A stretch of 64,000 bases of DNA from Oopsacas minuta (lineage: Eukaryota > Animalia > Porifera), in assembly GCA_024704765.1 (NCBI GenBank), contig JAKMXF010000222.1, positions 372,001-436,000 of the forward strand, given 5' to 3'. Made by a program: the position numbers and the translations under genes. Positions 1 through 12,062 of the stretch are shown piece after piece. Position 1 is the first letter of the stretch. The number at the start of each line of letters is the position of its first letter. The notes under the pieces are model-generated. The model ran no database searches and had not been told where the DNA came from. It saw nothing but the letters and a program-made list of their open reading frames with translations.

Positions 1-114
1 AAAGTTCAGCAATATTTGTGTGTCGCAAAACCTCTGAAAATGCTAATAACGGAGCAATACTACGTAACTTGAATAAAATACTATTTATGGATTATAAGAT
101 AGAGAGGTAGGGAG

Positions 115-3100
115 TCATACGAACTGACCATCAGTTGAAAGGAACTCATCAGGTTGTGCTTTCATCATATCTCCAGGATACATTTCATGATGCATGTATT
201 CATGTGGATACATTTCAGGTGCTTGTGCGAAGTTCCCAGGTATCATTGGCATGCTAGCGTGATGAATATCAACTGGAGGAGGGTAGGCGAGAGGCGCTTG
301 AAGGAGTAGACCGTCTAGAGGGAGGCTAGTCGTGTCGCCGCCTGCTTGAGGTGGAGGATTATAAGAGGGTAGTCCTGTAGAATCAGAACCCCCTCCGTAA
401 TACGGTGCTTGCTTATAGATCGGCGGATGCACGGATTTATTCGCTGGTAGACTTTCATAAGTTGGATCGAACTCTCCATCATCATCACTATCATCATCTC
501 TCTTCTCTTTAGTATAAGACAATGAGAATTCTCCTGCTCTCCGTATGTTATAGGTACGTGATTGGTAATGATGTATTATAAGATAAACTAAACAGAAAGC
601 TCCACCTAGTATCAGCACAATCAGAATTATAGCTGCTACGATAATCACAATCAACTGCCACAGCTCAAAGATACAGAAATACAAACCTTCACAATCCTTG
701 ACGTATTCTACCGTTACACATTCTGACTGAATCCCACAAGTCTCATTCAATCCTTCTGTATAGACATTACAACAATATAAACCCTCATTACCTGACGAAA
801 TAGTCTCTATGCTAAACGTATACTCGTCAACTACAGTCACACCATTTAGAGTGCTTGGTAGAGTACCAGATTGCATTGATACTTTCCTCATATATACCCA
901 TTCTGAACTAGGCACTGGCTCGCCCTCAGAACTACATGTTATCGTAGTATTAAAGTGATCAATTGAATTCAATGGACCAGATGGAGTCACTTCAACTATT
1001 GCACAACTATTCACAATCAGTGTGAATGAATTTGTTACCTGAGTTCCAGCGCTAGTAGCTGTGCAGGTGTATACCCTGCCTGATTGTTGTCTATTGCCTA
1101 CAACAGCTAATGTATTATTAGGGAATATAGTGAATACTGTTGTATTAGCGATTATTGATCCACCAGCTGTCGACCATGTAACAACAGGTTGAGGCTCTGC
1201 ATATGCTACACAATCTTGAAGGTACATTTCCTTCTCCAAAATCTTGACAACGTCTGAAGGGAACAAAGAATCAATCACAGGGTCACTTGGTATTCTAACT
1301 GTTGAAACTTGTGACTCGTCAGTACCCTTGAAATTCTCACTTAAACATTTATAACCACCGTTATCCCTTGCAGTAACAGAGGAGACCGTTAACATAGAAG
1401 TGCGAGAGGAATTGTCTACGTTTTGAGAGTTAACTATCGTATATTTCTCAGATTCGGTTATATTAAAGCTTTCAGTGGGGCTGGTGAACTCCCATTGTAT
1501 CTGAGGTAGTGGATCTCCTGTAACCGAACAGCTGATACTGAAGATATCATTTACATTGTTATTGCATCTATGAAATCTGGGGTTGGATGTTGTGAGAATG
1601 ATGGAGGAACTATAAAAGCAAAATTGCTGATAAATTATGAATTTGAAATATTTCTTTCCCCCAACTATCTCATGTTTTTTGTTATGCAATTATATTACCT
1701 GAAAATTACACAAATTCAGACACAGTAATTCCCGCCATAACCAAGACGGATATAACGAAGTGAATTATAGCATAGTATCCATGCTAGTATCACACGCTAG
1801 TATTTAGACACAACGCTTATATATATTCCAACAGGATGCCAAACTTCCATCCCGTTACGTCATGATAGAATCACACAAACCATGGATATATCTTATCTAT
1901 AACTTCTATGCCAGTTTCACACACTACTAAATTTAACTAAATTGCTAGGTATTTTGGATTAATGGGTAATATGAACAAATTTGTACATGTAGTCACGAAA
2001 AATAGCTATTTACTCGGGCCCATTAATTAATAAAGAGACCCCCAGAGAGGTAACTCAACTCACCAGCATCTCTTACAGTTATTCTTCCATTAGCCACAGC
2101 ACTAGCTTCAGAATTATCAGCTCTACAGGTGTAGTAACCTGTATCAGAATCTGTTAAGTCAGCTATTTCCAAGGTAGTAGTATTACCAGAAGTAGTGAGT
2201 GTGTATTTAGCACCATTTTCTAACAACACGCCATCTTTATACATCTCTATTGTAGGTACAGGTACACCAGATGTTTGGCAATAAATGGATATTGTTTGAA
2301 GTTCGTATTCAATTAATTCTCCTTCTATGCTTGATACTACCTCAGGAACCTGATAAATCGTAAGTGTCCTTGTGTCTTGGATATCTCCTGCGAGAATAGC
2401 TCGATATAAAGTGGGTGTATCTGTGGTTACAGTCACTGATAGAAGGTTTGAAGGGAATTGTTGGTTATCCACCACTGGAACAGGCAACCAATCTCCTTCT
2501 ATAAAATACTCCCAGGAACAAGAAGCTGCGTATGGTACACACTCCAAATGTAGTATATCTCCAACTGTACTGGTAATGTCAGTTGATGGAAAAACTAGTG
2601 GAGGAAGACTGAATATATTTTGACCTACAACACTCAGTGTATACTGAGCATTAGCCTGTATCCTATCAGTAGGATCACCATATCTGTTCTCAAGGAAGCA
2701 ACGATATTCAGCTCCATTAACTACATCAGAAGATAATAATAATAACGAATTAGATCCAGGTAGAATACTGGGATTAACAATAGGAATTCCATTCAGCTCC
2801 CATCCAATTACAGGAGTAGGTAATGAACCATTGAAGAAGTCACAGGGAAGATATGAATTTACGGTTCCCCTAACAGTGACAATCTGATCAGAAGTACTAG
2901 AATCTTTGAATTTAGCCCAGTATACAATAGCACGTGAGCTCAATATTTCCCCATCATTATCACTAGTTTGACAGTCCCAATAAACACCAGCTGCGGATCC
3001 ATCTACATCCACCATAGGAGAATTCTGTGTATGAGCTTGATTGGTAGTCGTGGTGCGTACAGCTACGTTATTACGTCTGTAGATTATCTGATCTCCTGTA

Positions 3101-3240
3101 GAATTGCATTGTATCACGAGTGGAATTCCTGTGTATGTGTAGTATACCGCATTAGGATGTTGAGTGAATTCCAAAGTTTGAGAAGACACGAATATCAAAT
3201 AACTGACGAGTGTGTAGAAATGGAAATATGTAAGCTTCAT
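115..3240 (-). CDS. Ig-superfamily type I receptor, copy A: signal peptide, 7 Ig-like domains, TM, Tyr/Pro-rich tail. Exons 2064-3240 and 115-1609; 1-nt deletion near 1559-1560 relative to copy B
   Basis: Hydrophobic N-terminus MKLTYFHFYTLVSYLIFVSS. Ig motifs include DTGYYTC, DNGGYKC and NEGLYCC. TM helix WQLIVIIVAAIILIVLILGGAFCLVYLII. Donor GCTG|GTGAGT at 2063 and acceptor TTTATAG|TTCCTCC at 1610 define a 454-nt phase-1 intron, the same length as in copy B. As written, the spliced frame stops at 1551-1553. Confidence 0.8.
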
Positions 3241-3243
3241 TTT
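641..3243. repeat. Left arm of ~2.6-kb inverted segmental duplication (partner 48321-50924)
   Basis: The reverse complement aligns with 48321-50924 from AAAATGAAGCTT to TGGCAGTTGAT(T/C)GTGATTAT, including the intron. Confidence 0.95.
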
Positions 3244-4587
3244 AGCCTCAGAATATACTGAAAATATTTTATATATTTTCTTACGAACAATGCACTGAAA
3301 TCTAATACAAAATAAAATAAATTATTGAATGAAATATGGGACTTGAGTATTTATATGACACATTCAATTTGTATACCTCTATTGTTATAGTTGTATGGTG
3401 TTATAAACCAAAGAGGAGAGAGAAGTAACCATATTTAATTGCGTCATTACAATGAACTATAAACTTATTAATCATTGTGTTGGCCACAAAATGAATTGCA
3501 AATACGCAAACTGGAAGTTAATTAGTAATTAAGTAACCATAGGGCAAAACGTATGGGAATCAGTTTACCTCTAAACACTACATTCTATAGAAAATTCACG
3601 TATTTTCTAAGTGGTAACTCTTTTATATTATTAAAGTATCTGCATACTTTATGTAAGAACCTCAAAGAAGCTATTCAATTTGACTTAAACTATGTGAGAT
3701 TGGGGGATGAGAATCACATAGCATGTGGGAGAGACATCACGGCTCCACAATGCATTCGAATTGCTTACATTATGTGTAGTACAATTACCAGACATCTGTT
3801 CTTACTTAGTTTAATTATGAGGGAAGATTGATAGTGAAGTGTGATTTCTTTGTTTGTATTTATAACAATGAAGTAAGTGGAAAGAATTGTATGATGTAAT
3901 GAATTTTAACAAGGGATTACTATTTTAGGTTTCAAGAGAGTGATGTTAGAAAGAAGTTGTGATTAATTACTTAACAGGATTCGTTAGACGTCATTTACAG
4001 TTTACAAATATTCAAGGACATACCTTGCCTTAATTAACAAAGTATTCAGCCACTGATAAAATTTCCATACAAATATAGTAACTAATTCTTGAGGGGCCAA
4101 TAGTAGGATGTCGCTTAACCAGAGAATTTTTAGTTAAAAAGTATAGCCGCTTCCTCCTCCAACGACTGTTTTCAATGATATTTGATGAATATAAAATTGA
4201 CCTAAAGTTGTTAGTGGAATTTAAAATTTTGTAAGAAATTTTCTTCTCAGAAACCCAAACATTTCAATTCATCATAGCCATAGATACTTTCACAAAATTG
4301 ATTATTCCAGAAAATTTTTTGTAGAATTCCCCACTTAAAGAGGTAATTGTGCCCGATTGAGGGAGGAGTTCGTATCTCTGAGGTTTGAGTATATTTCTGT
4401 TAAATTACCATTTTGCATACTTCAATAATACAAACTTTCTGTATATATACTAATGATAATGCTGAATAATTGCAACTCATGACACATTGTATACATAGTT
4501 AATAAATACGAAAATGCAATAAGTACACATGGCAAGTAAATCATATAGCGATTACTGACAAGTGACAGGGTTACAGCTGTTACACAT

Positions 4588-5127
<540 letters not shown>

Positions 5128-5474
5128 CTAACTTACTTAGCGGAAAGAATTATAGATATTGAAATTTGAAATTATATAACCATGATAAGCCGGTTTACGG
5201 CACAGTATTGCAATTCTACCAATTCTTTCACGAACTTTCCGCAAACGAAATAAAAGTTATTTTGAGTGATTATATAGGAAATTACAGAAGAGTGTATTCT
5301 CACAATTTAGCTCAAAAGTTCCAAATAGCATACACAAGATAAAGAAATCGTTCAACTATACATTTAGAAATATATCAAAAATGACAAATTACCAAAAACG
5401 AATAAGTCATAAATATATAATTACAGAATATTGGAAAGAAAGAATGTAACAGTAAATACGTACTGAGAATAAAT

Positions 5475-6836
5475 TCAATAATATCTGAGAGGATATTTAG
5501 AGTTAGCTAAAGAAACAATCATTCTACCATCTTTAGAGGAAGTTACTCCGGCTGTGAGTATCTTCTCATCTTCTTCTTCAAGAGGAAAAACAAGTTTATG
5601 AACCAATGTACCACCTAATGTTTGAATGTGAATAGAATGATCATATGTATTACATATAACTAATAGTCCATTTTTATCAATGTAGAATTGGAAAGAAAGG
5701 AATATCGCATAGTTCTCAGCTAGATTGAGTGCATCCTTCATTCCAAACTCAAAACACAAAGGAATATTCTTAACTAGATCTCCGCTATATGAGAAGAGAT
5801 ATAACCCAGCTGGTATAATAGAGTAAATCAGTATACCTTCATTTCTACAGAGAATGCTATAGTTAAGATATGTATATGTAGAAATAGATTTAATATATTC
5901 TAACTCTGAATTGTACACATGGATACCATCACCATCTCTAGAGATATAAACATCACCGTTGTGATGGTCAATACAAGAAAACTTACCCTCTTGAAACGTC
6001 TTTGTAAGTAATAATTCAAAACTTGTAAGATTGAATTGCTTTAGAGTATCAAATTTGTTTATGACAAAAATGAAATTATTCTCGCTATCTATACAGAAGT
6101 CTGTAAATTCTTCTCCAAAACAAGCAATGAGCTTACCATATTGTTGGAATACAAGACATCTTTTAGACATGACATCTAACACAAAAACGCGATCATTTTT
6201 TGTATCAATATGAATTCTTTCAAGGTATAGTTCATCATTTTTAGATTTGGCAGATTCTCTTGGTTTTGTGTTTGGCAGACGAAACAATTTCTTAAATGTA
6301 GATTCCAATGCTGTATGTTCAGGTGCAGGTAAGTCTTTCCTGAGCTTAGTCATAGATTTTAGAATATCATCTTTATCTATTGAGAGAATTGGTTCTAGAA
6401 TAGGTGTATAATCTTCATCAAGAATTATCAAATCAACTGATTAAATTAACTTTTTCATTTTATCTGAAAATTTATCTAAAATAATGTTAGGAGGTGGAAT
6501 TGGTATTTTCAACTTCTCAAGAGCATCATCATACCTACAAACTGATTCATCTCTGAGAATATTCACTTTATTAAACTTTACTCCTAAATCCATGGTTTGT
6601 TGTTTTATTCTCTCAATTTCTTGTATCTGTGCTAATCTAGCCATTTCCAGCGCTTCATATTCTATCCTCCTTTGCCTGAGTCTACTTATCATAAATAATC
6701 TTTTCTCTTGTAGTAGTTTCGCAATCAAATCAAACTGAGAATGTATTTCAAATTCTCTTTCTTCAAATACGTTAGAAACAGAAATTCCTGGAGTTGATTT
6801 GTTCTCTCCCTCACCCTCGGGATAGCAGGTAGCCAT
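5475..6836 (-). pseudogene. Coiled-coil + NHL/beta-propeller protein interrupted by one in-frame TAA (6441-6443)
   Basis: ORFs 6441-6836 and 5475-6431 are in the same frame: ...KMKKLI*SVDLIILDE... The N-terminal part is coiled-coil and the C-terminal part is a degenerate NHL-like propeller. Confidence 0.7.
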
Positions 6837-7608
6837 TATAGAATTCAGGAATTTAGGAATACGTATCTATTTATCTCAGCAAAAATAAATACATTATTAT
6901 AGTTACAGAAATTCTCGTTTTAGCGAAGTGCTCGGGCGCTGGTTTCATTTCGTTTGAGGCATTTCTTAAAAGTTCAGAAATCTATTATATAAATCGTCAC
7001 TAGTTTAGGGAGATGCCCGGATCTTGGAGGTCCAGATCTCAGAGTTTCGACTGTACGAAAATTGGACAAATACTCAAATTGTAATAATAAATGCATAGTC
7101 TAGGCTAGTAAATGAAAATGCATTTTGGCTGTCTTTGAGAAGCTGGAAACCCCCACAAGAGGCCGTATACCCCGGAGATACAGGTGTTATCCCCCGACTA
7201 TTATTAAGGACAAGCTGTTGTAACTTAATTGTGTATGTTACCTTCAAAGCCATAAACTAAGATGATTAGGCAGAATGCTAACTGTTGGTGATAACATATA
7301 TTGCAAGCATTTGGATGGTTTCTCACATTATAGTTTGTGGTGCAGATTCATATAATGGTTGAGTAAATCCATACAAAAATAATTACGAAACCATAATTTA
7401 TATCTTATAAAGTTGCTTATAATTATTCTAATTATAGATATTGCAAAGTGTCTAGAATGTTCTTAACCATTGTATTATTCGTCCAATACACATTCAACAT
7501 ATGTATGGGAATCCTTTATATAAATCTGCTACTATCTAATTATATTCAAACTGTTCTCTCAATTCAATTAGTTAATATATCTATCCTTCATCTCCATCAC
7601 CAATCATC

Positions 7609-9534
7609 ATGGGAAATAGACTACCAACAGCTGAACAGAGACGTCTACGGATACAAGAAATTGATGCATACATAGCTAGACAACCGTTAGAGCCTTTGAT
7701 AATTGATGGGAAGGTATTGAACCTGGACTGCTTGGATCCTGACTATGTACGTCCTGAAGACAATGGAGAAGCTGATAATTATTTTATAGCTACCAAATTC
7801 TTAGAAAATGTAATCACAAGATTTCGAGAGCATAACTTCACTGATTATCAAACACTATCTAAAATTTTGAACGAGGCTTTCGATATTATCCCTAAAAATT
7901 CACTAAAAACAAATGGTGACGTCATAGAAACACTCCCTCCTGTATTGACCAGAGATATTTCTAATATTACCAGATTATTTAGTGATCTAATTGGTGAAAC
8001 AAGAAACGTTAGGTATACTTCAAGACTCGAATTAGAGTATGGAAGACAAATTTCTGTGGGTAAAGGAGGTTATGGTGTGGTAGTGAGAGCTATAAATAAG
8101 CTGGATAATTGTGAATATGCGATTAAAAAGATTAATCTGAGGGGGAGTCCACAGAAACATCTGAGAGAAGTGCAGTTGTTAGCCAAGTTGATTCATGAAA
8201 ATGTAAATAGATACTATTGTGCTTGGCTAGATTACGAAATTGAAAAAAGAGAGGATGCTGGAAATAGTACTAGCGAAATCGAAAGTACAGCTGGTGAGAC
8301 CGAATCTGCCTCTTCAGTGTTTATAAGGTCTAATCTGGAACATGAAGATGATTTCAACGACACAAGACTAACTAGATGCCTAAATAGGAACTCTAATAAA
8401 TATTATGACGATTCTATCTGGGATTATGGTGATGAACGACTTTATTCTGGACAAGAAGATGAAAACTCTGGTAAAACAGATTCGTTACTTTTCAGCGATA
8501 CCAACATAATGTATTCTAATGACTCAAATGGGTCCAGAGAAATATATTCAGAAATACGACGAAAAGTAGATTCTAGCTCTGATCCTGATGTCATTCTTCT
8601 TCCCCAAGAAAGGCCAGGTTTTAGAAAAGAAATTTCACTTGTTCGGCGACACGTACCAACCCGTCAACAACCTGAAACTCGTATTGTATCTCAACCATGG
8701 AATCATCGTATACTGACGCGAAATTTTTCATTCCCCTTCACAAACTTACAATATAATACCATGAGTATCTCAAACCGGCTGCCACTGACGTCACAAGATT
8801 TACACCCCCAACCACTAATTCCTGCTCCTCCTCTCCAGCCTGTATTACACCCTATCATATGTATACAGCTTGAACTCTGTGAAACAAATTTACAAGAATG
8901 GCTTAGAACACGAAATGAAGTCTCGACAGAAATAAGCAAACTAACCGACGATGATATCTCAATTGTAGACGATTACGTCATCCAGTTTTATAAAGGTATA
9001 AAGTATCTACACTCACAGAATTGTGTACACAGAGATATCAAACCGACCAATATATTATTAACGGGTAATAGAAAATTATTAAAAATTTGTGATTTCGGAC
9101 TTTCAAAGGAAATTGTCAACAATAGTGAAAGTTTTGAGAGATCTTCTACGTCATCAAATAGTAGTTCTGTGCATACAACCAAGCTTGGCTCACGACTGTA
9201 TACCTCTCCAGAACAGCTGATCTCTAATCACTACTCTTTTAAGACTGATATTTTCAGTTCTGCCCTAGTTTTCCTGGAGCTATTTTACCCCTTCACAACA
9301 GACAATGAAAAGTGTAATATCCTCAGTGGAGTTAGAGAGAGCAAGATTCCAACAGAATTTCTAGAAACCTTTCCATTTCAGTCCTCTCTCATTTTAGAAA
9401 TGGTGAATTTGACTTGGGATGATCGGCCGGATGCAGCCATGGTATTGAATAGATTATTAAAAAACAGTGATTATGCAGCTAAAGAAATTTTACTACTGAA
9501 AAAACGAATTGCTGAATTGGAAGCGCAACAATGA
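7609..9534 (+). CDS. eIF2-alpha kinase family protein (HRI/PKR/PERK-like) with long kinase insert
   Basis: Motifs GKGGYGVV, YAIKKI, HENVNRYYCAW, a long acidic/Ser insert, IQLELC, HRDIKPTN, DFGLSK, YTSPEQ and KTDIFS..ELFYPF. There is no TM or signal peptide, which fits HRI best. Confidence 0.85.
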   Translation: MGNRLPTAEQRRLRIQEIDAYIARQPLEPLIIDGKVLNLDCLDPDYVRPEDNGEADNYFIATKFLENVITRFREHNFTDYQTLSKILNEAFDIIPKNSLKTNGDVIETLPPVLTRDISNITRLFSDLIGETRNVRYTSRLELEYGRQISVGKGGYGVVVRAINKLDNCEYAIKKINLRGSPQKHLREVQLLAKLIHENVNRYYCAWLDYEIEKREDAGNSTSEIESTAGETESASSVFIRSNLEHEDDFNDTRLTRCLNRNSNKYYDDSIWDYGDERLYSGQEDENSGKTDSLLFSDTNIMYSNDSNGSREIYSEIRRKVDSSSDPDVILLPQERPGFRKEISLVRRHVPTRQQPETRIVSQPWNHRILTRNFSFPFTNLQYNTMSISNRLPLTSQDLHPQPLIPAPPLQPVLHPIICIQLELCETNLQEWLRTRNEVSTEISKLTDDDISIVDDYVIQFYKGIKYLHSQNCVHRDIKPTNILLTGNRKLLKICDFGLSKEIVNNSESFERSSTSSNSSSVHTTKLGSRLYTSPEQLISNHYSFKTDIFSSALVFLELFYPFTTDNEKCNILSGVRESKIPTEFLETFPFQSSLILEMVNLTWDDRPDAAMVLNRLLKNSDYAAKEILLLKKRIAELEAQQ

Positions 9535-10396
9535 TATTGAACATTACAGTAAGAATTTAACAATTTTGTATTAAATATAACAAATTTGACCAACAGTGTT
9601 AACCTAATACAATTCATGTATTTCCTGGAGTATTCAACTTTATTTATAATTTTCATTAATTATTTTTTGGAAGGTTTGTGCGAGTTTAGGAAGGATAGTA
9701 CTGTACTGAATTCATTATTAACGATTCATCATGCGTAGTATCAATTCGCCAGGGCTGTCTATCTGTCACTCCTGCCATTTCTAACGATGAAATAGAATTT
9801 CTCACTATGTATCATATCTATATTATTAAATCTCAATTGTTGTTTGTTTGTCCGTTACCAAGGAAAGGATTTACGGTATGCAATTTTGAAATTGCCGCAT
9901 AACCATGTATTTATCGTGTTTATCAAAGAAGTAAATAGAAATCAATAAAACTTCACTGAAGATGCTGAATCTGATTTTCACACTTTTGGATTAATCATAT
10001 GTAAATTTATTGTTGTTTTTTATGAATATAAAGTAAACAAATCATCCAAATCTCAAAATATACGTACAGGCTTTCTCTAAACAGCTACCCAGGAGTAACA
10101 AACTACGCTGAATCCGAATTATGGCAGGATCATGTTTGCCACGGTAAGATTATAGGTTTATGTACTCGAGGGCCGTAAGCCCGAGCGAACACGAAGTGTT
10201 CACAACCGCGTAGAGTGAGCAAGCGAAGCGAGCTCGTATTTAATGTAGAGTATTATTTTCTATGTAATAAGTAATCAGAAATGTATAACGCTGGAATTAG
10301 AAGTTCCCTGAGGCTCACTTAATGGAAATCTATTTTTTCATTAATATTATCTAATAATTAAGTAAAGTCACTAAAAATAATCTAACAAAACACCCT

Positions 10397-11380
10397 CTAA
10401 GGTAGTGACTTGGGAGTGTCTTCATCTACAAATGAATAATTTCCGAGTTCGTAGTAATGTGGGTCACGAAACGTGATATTATTGTTCAACATCTTACCTT
10501 TTATACTTGAGAATATATGGGGAGGTATAGGATCTTTCAGAATTTGTTCCAAAAACTCAAATTCCTCTAAACCCTTCAATCCTACAAGAGTTGTAGGAAC
10601 ACAGGGCTCTTCTGTAGGAAACTGAAGTGCAGCCTTTTCAATAGGATACTTGTACTCCGCTTCAACTGTTGAAATTAACTGTTTCAATTCGAATAGTTTT
10701 TCTTTTGTCATGTAATGCCAAGAGGGTGGAGAAGATTTCGTGGTTAAGAGGCCCAGAACAAGAGGAGAAGCGTTTATCATTCCAATACCTTTCTCCTTTA
10801 AGAGTGGAAATAGCTTAGAAAGACTGTCATCTAGTAGGGTGTAGTGAGGATACGAAATCACAACATCAAGTTGAATAGGACTCTTCTCAATTATCAACTT
10901 AAGCACTTGCAATGGTTCACATGAAAATCCTATATAGCGAGCTTTCCCGGATTCTTTAACCTGTTGTAATGCAGGTAGCGCCTCCTGTAATACAATATCT
11001 GGATCTACATACTCAACGTCATGCAGTATGAGAATATCTAAGTAGTCTACTCCCAACCGTGCCAGACTCTCGTTTACGCTCTCTTTAATCCGTTTGGCGG
11101 AATAATCAAATTCCTTCAGACCATATCTCCCAACTTTAGATGACAAATAGTACTTATCTCTATCTATCCCCTGTAAACATTTTCCTAATACAGTCTCTGA
11201 TTTAAGAATTCCATAGAATGGAGATGTATCGAATAGATATTTGTCCTTTTTGATAATTTCGTGACATAATTTCTGAGCTGTTTCGAATTTAACTTCTCCG
11301 TACACATTTCCTAGTGTTGAGGTACCTATTGAAAACGGGCCAAGGAAAATATCTGTTCTACCTAACTGTCTCTTTTCCAT
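10397..11380 (-). CDS. Aldo-keto reductase, L-galactose/D-arabinose dehydrogenase-like
   Basis: MEKRQLGRT N-terminus, FDTSPFYG, SSKVGRY and DYLDILILHD supply the AKR Asp/Tyr/Lys/His tetrad. The first ATG is at 11380; the ORF track starts at a TTG. Confidence 0.85.
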   Translation of the reverse strand: MEKRQLGRTDIFLGPFSIGTSTLGNVYGEVKFETAQKLCHEIIKKDKYLFDTSPFYGILKSETVLGKCLQGIDRDKYYLSSKVGRYGLKEFDYSAKRIKESVNESLARLGVDYLDILILHDVEYVDPDIVLQEALPALQQVKESGKARYIGFSCEPLQVLKLIIEKSPIQLDVVISYPHYTLLDDSLSKLFPLLKEKGIGMINASPLVLGLLTTKSSPPSWHYMTKEKLFELKQLISTVEAEYKYPIEKAALQFPTEEPCVPTTLVGLKGLEEFEFLEQILKDPIPPHIFSSIKGKMLNNNITFRDPHYYELGNYSFVDEDTPKSLP

Positions 11381-11657
11381 GAAATTATTCTGAGACAAGA
11401 GTAATACGTACTTTCAAATTAATATTCGGATAAGACATACTTCAGTACTAATTTTCGTTCCCGAGAGTACGTCTTATCCGAGTTCTACTGTATTTATCAA
11501 AATGTAAATACCGTACGCTGGGAAAATATCCAAGCCTTTATATGTAACAACTACTCGAATAGCGTGTTAAAAACTAGGGACAACATAGTGGTGATACATT
11601 TACTTCGAAATAATGTCGGGTATCAGTTGCTGGGGGACATAATTAATCCTATAGCAC

Positions 11658-11826
11658 CAGGGCTGTATCAACTCATTTTTTTCTACCAACTCATTCATTT
11701 TTATTGCGCCAACCCATTCATTTGGATGTAACTAACTCATTCAACTCATTCAATTCATCTAGCTTATGTAACCAACTCATTCCAACTCATTCAACTCATT
11801 CAATAAAATGAGTTGATACAGCCCTG
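11658..11826. mobile_element. hAT-type MITE, 169 bp
   Basis: Perfect 22-bp TIR CAGGGCTGTATCAACTCATTTT. The 8-bp TSD is TATAGCAC/TATAGTAC (7/8). Internal tandem AACTCATT motifs. Confidence 0.85.
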
Positions 11827-12062
11827 TATAGTACTGTTGTCAATACAATCTTTCAGCAACCAATACACATGAAATAATTAACAATAGTAATTGCAATATA
11901 ATTCTAGTCTTCTTTCTCAAAACAAGCCTCACAAATACTCGACCATACACAGATATGTATAACAAAATTGAATAAAATCTTATGAAATGAAACACAATGT
12001 AGAATCTAGATGTCTAACAGTGAAAATACAAAAATTGAATAGAAGAGAGTAAAATACGAATA

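Noticed and set aside
1610-1689. ORF-track N-terminus MHNKKHEIV... of the 524-aa ORF
   Set aside because: It lies in the 454-nt intron; the true exon starts at the 1610/1609 acceptor.
7609-7630. Possible N-myristoylation of the kinase (MGNRLPT)
   Set aside because: Pro at position 5 after Met removal violates the consensus.
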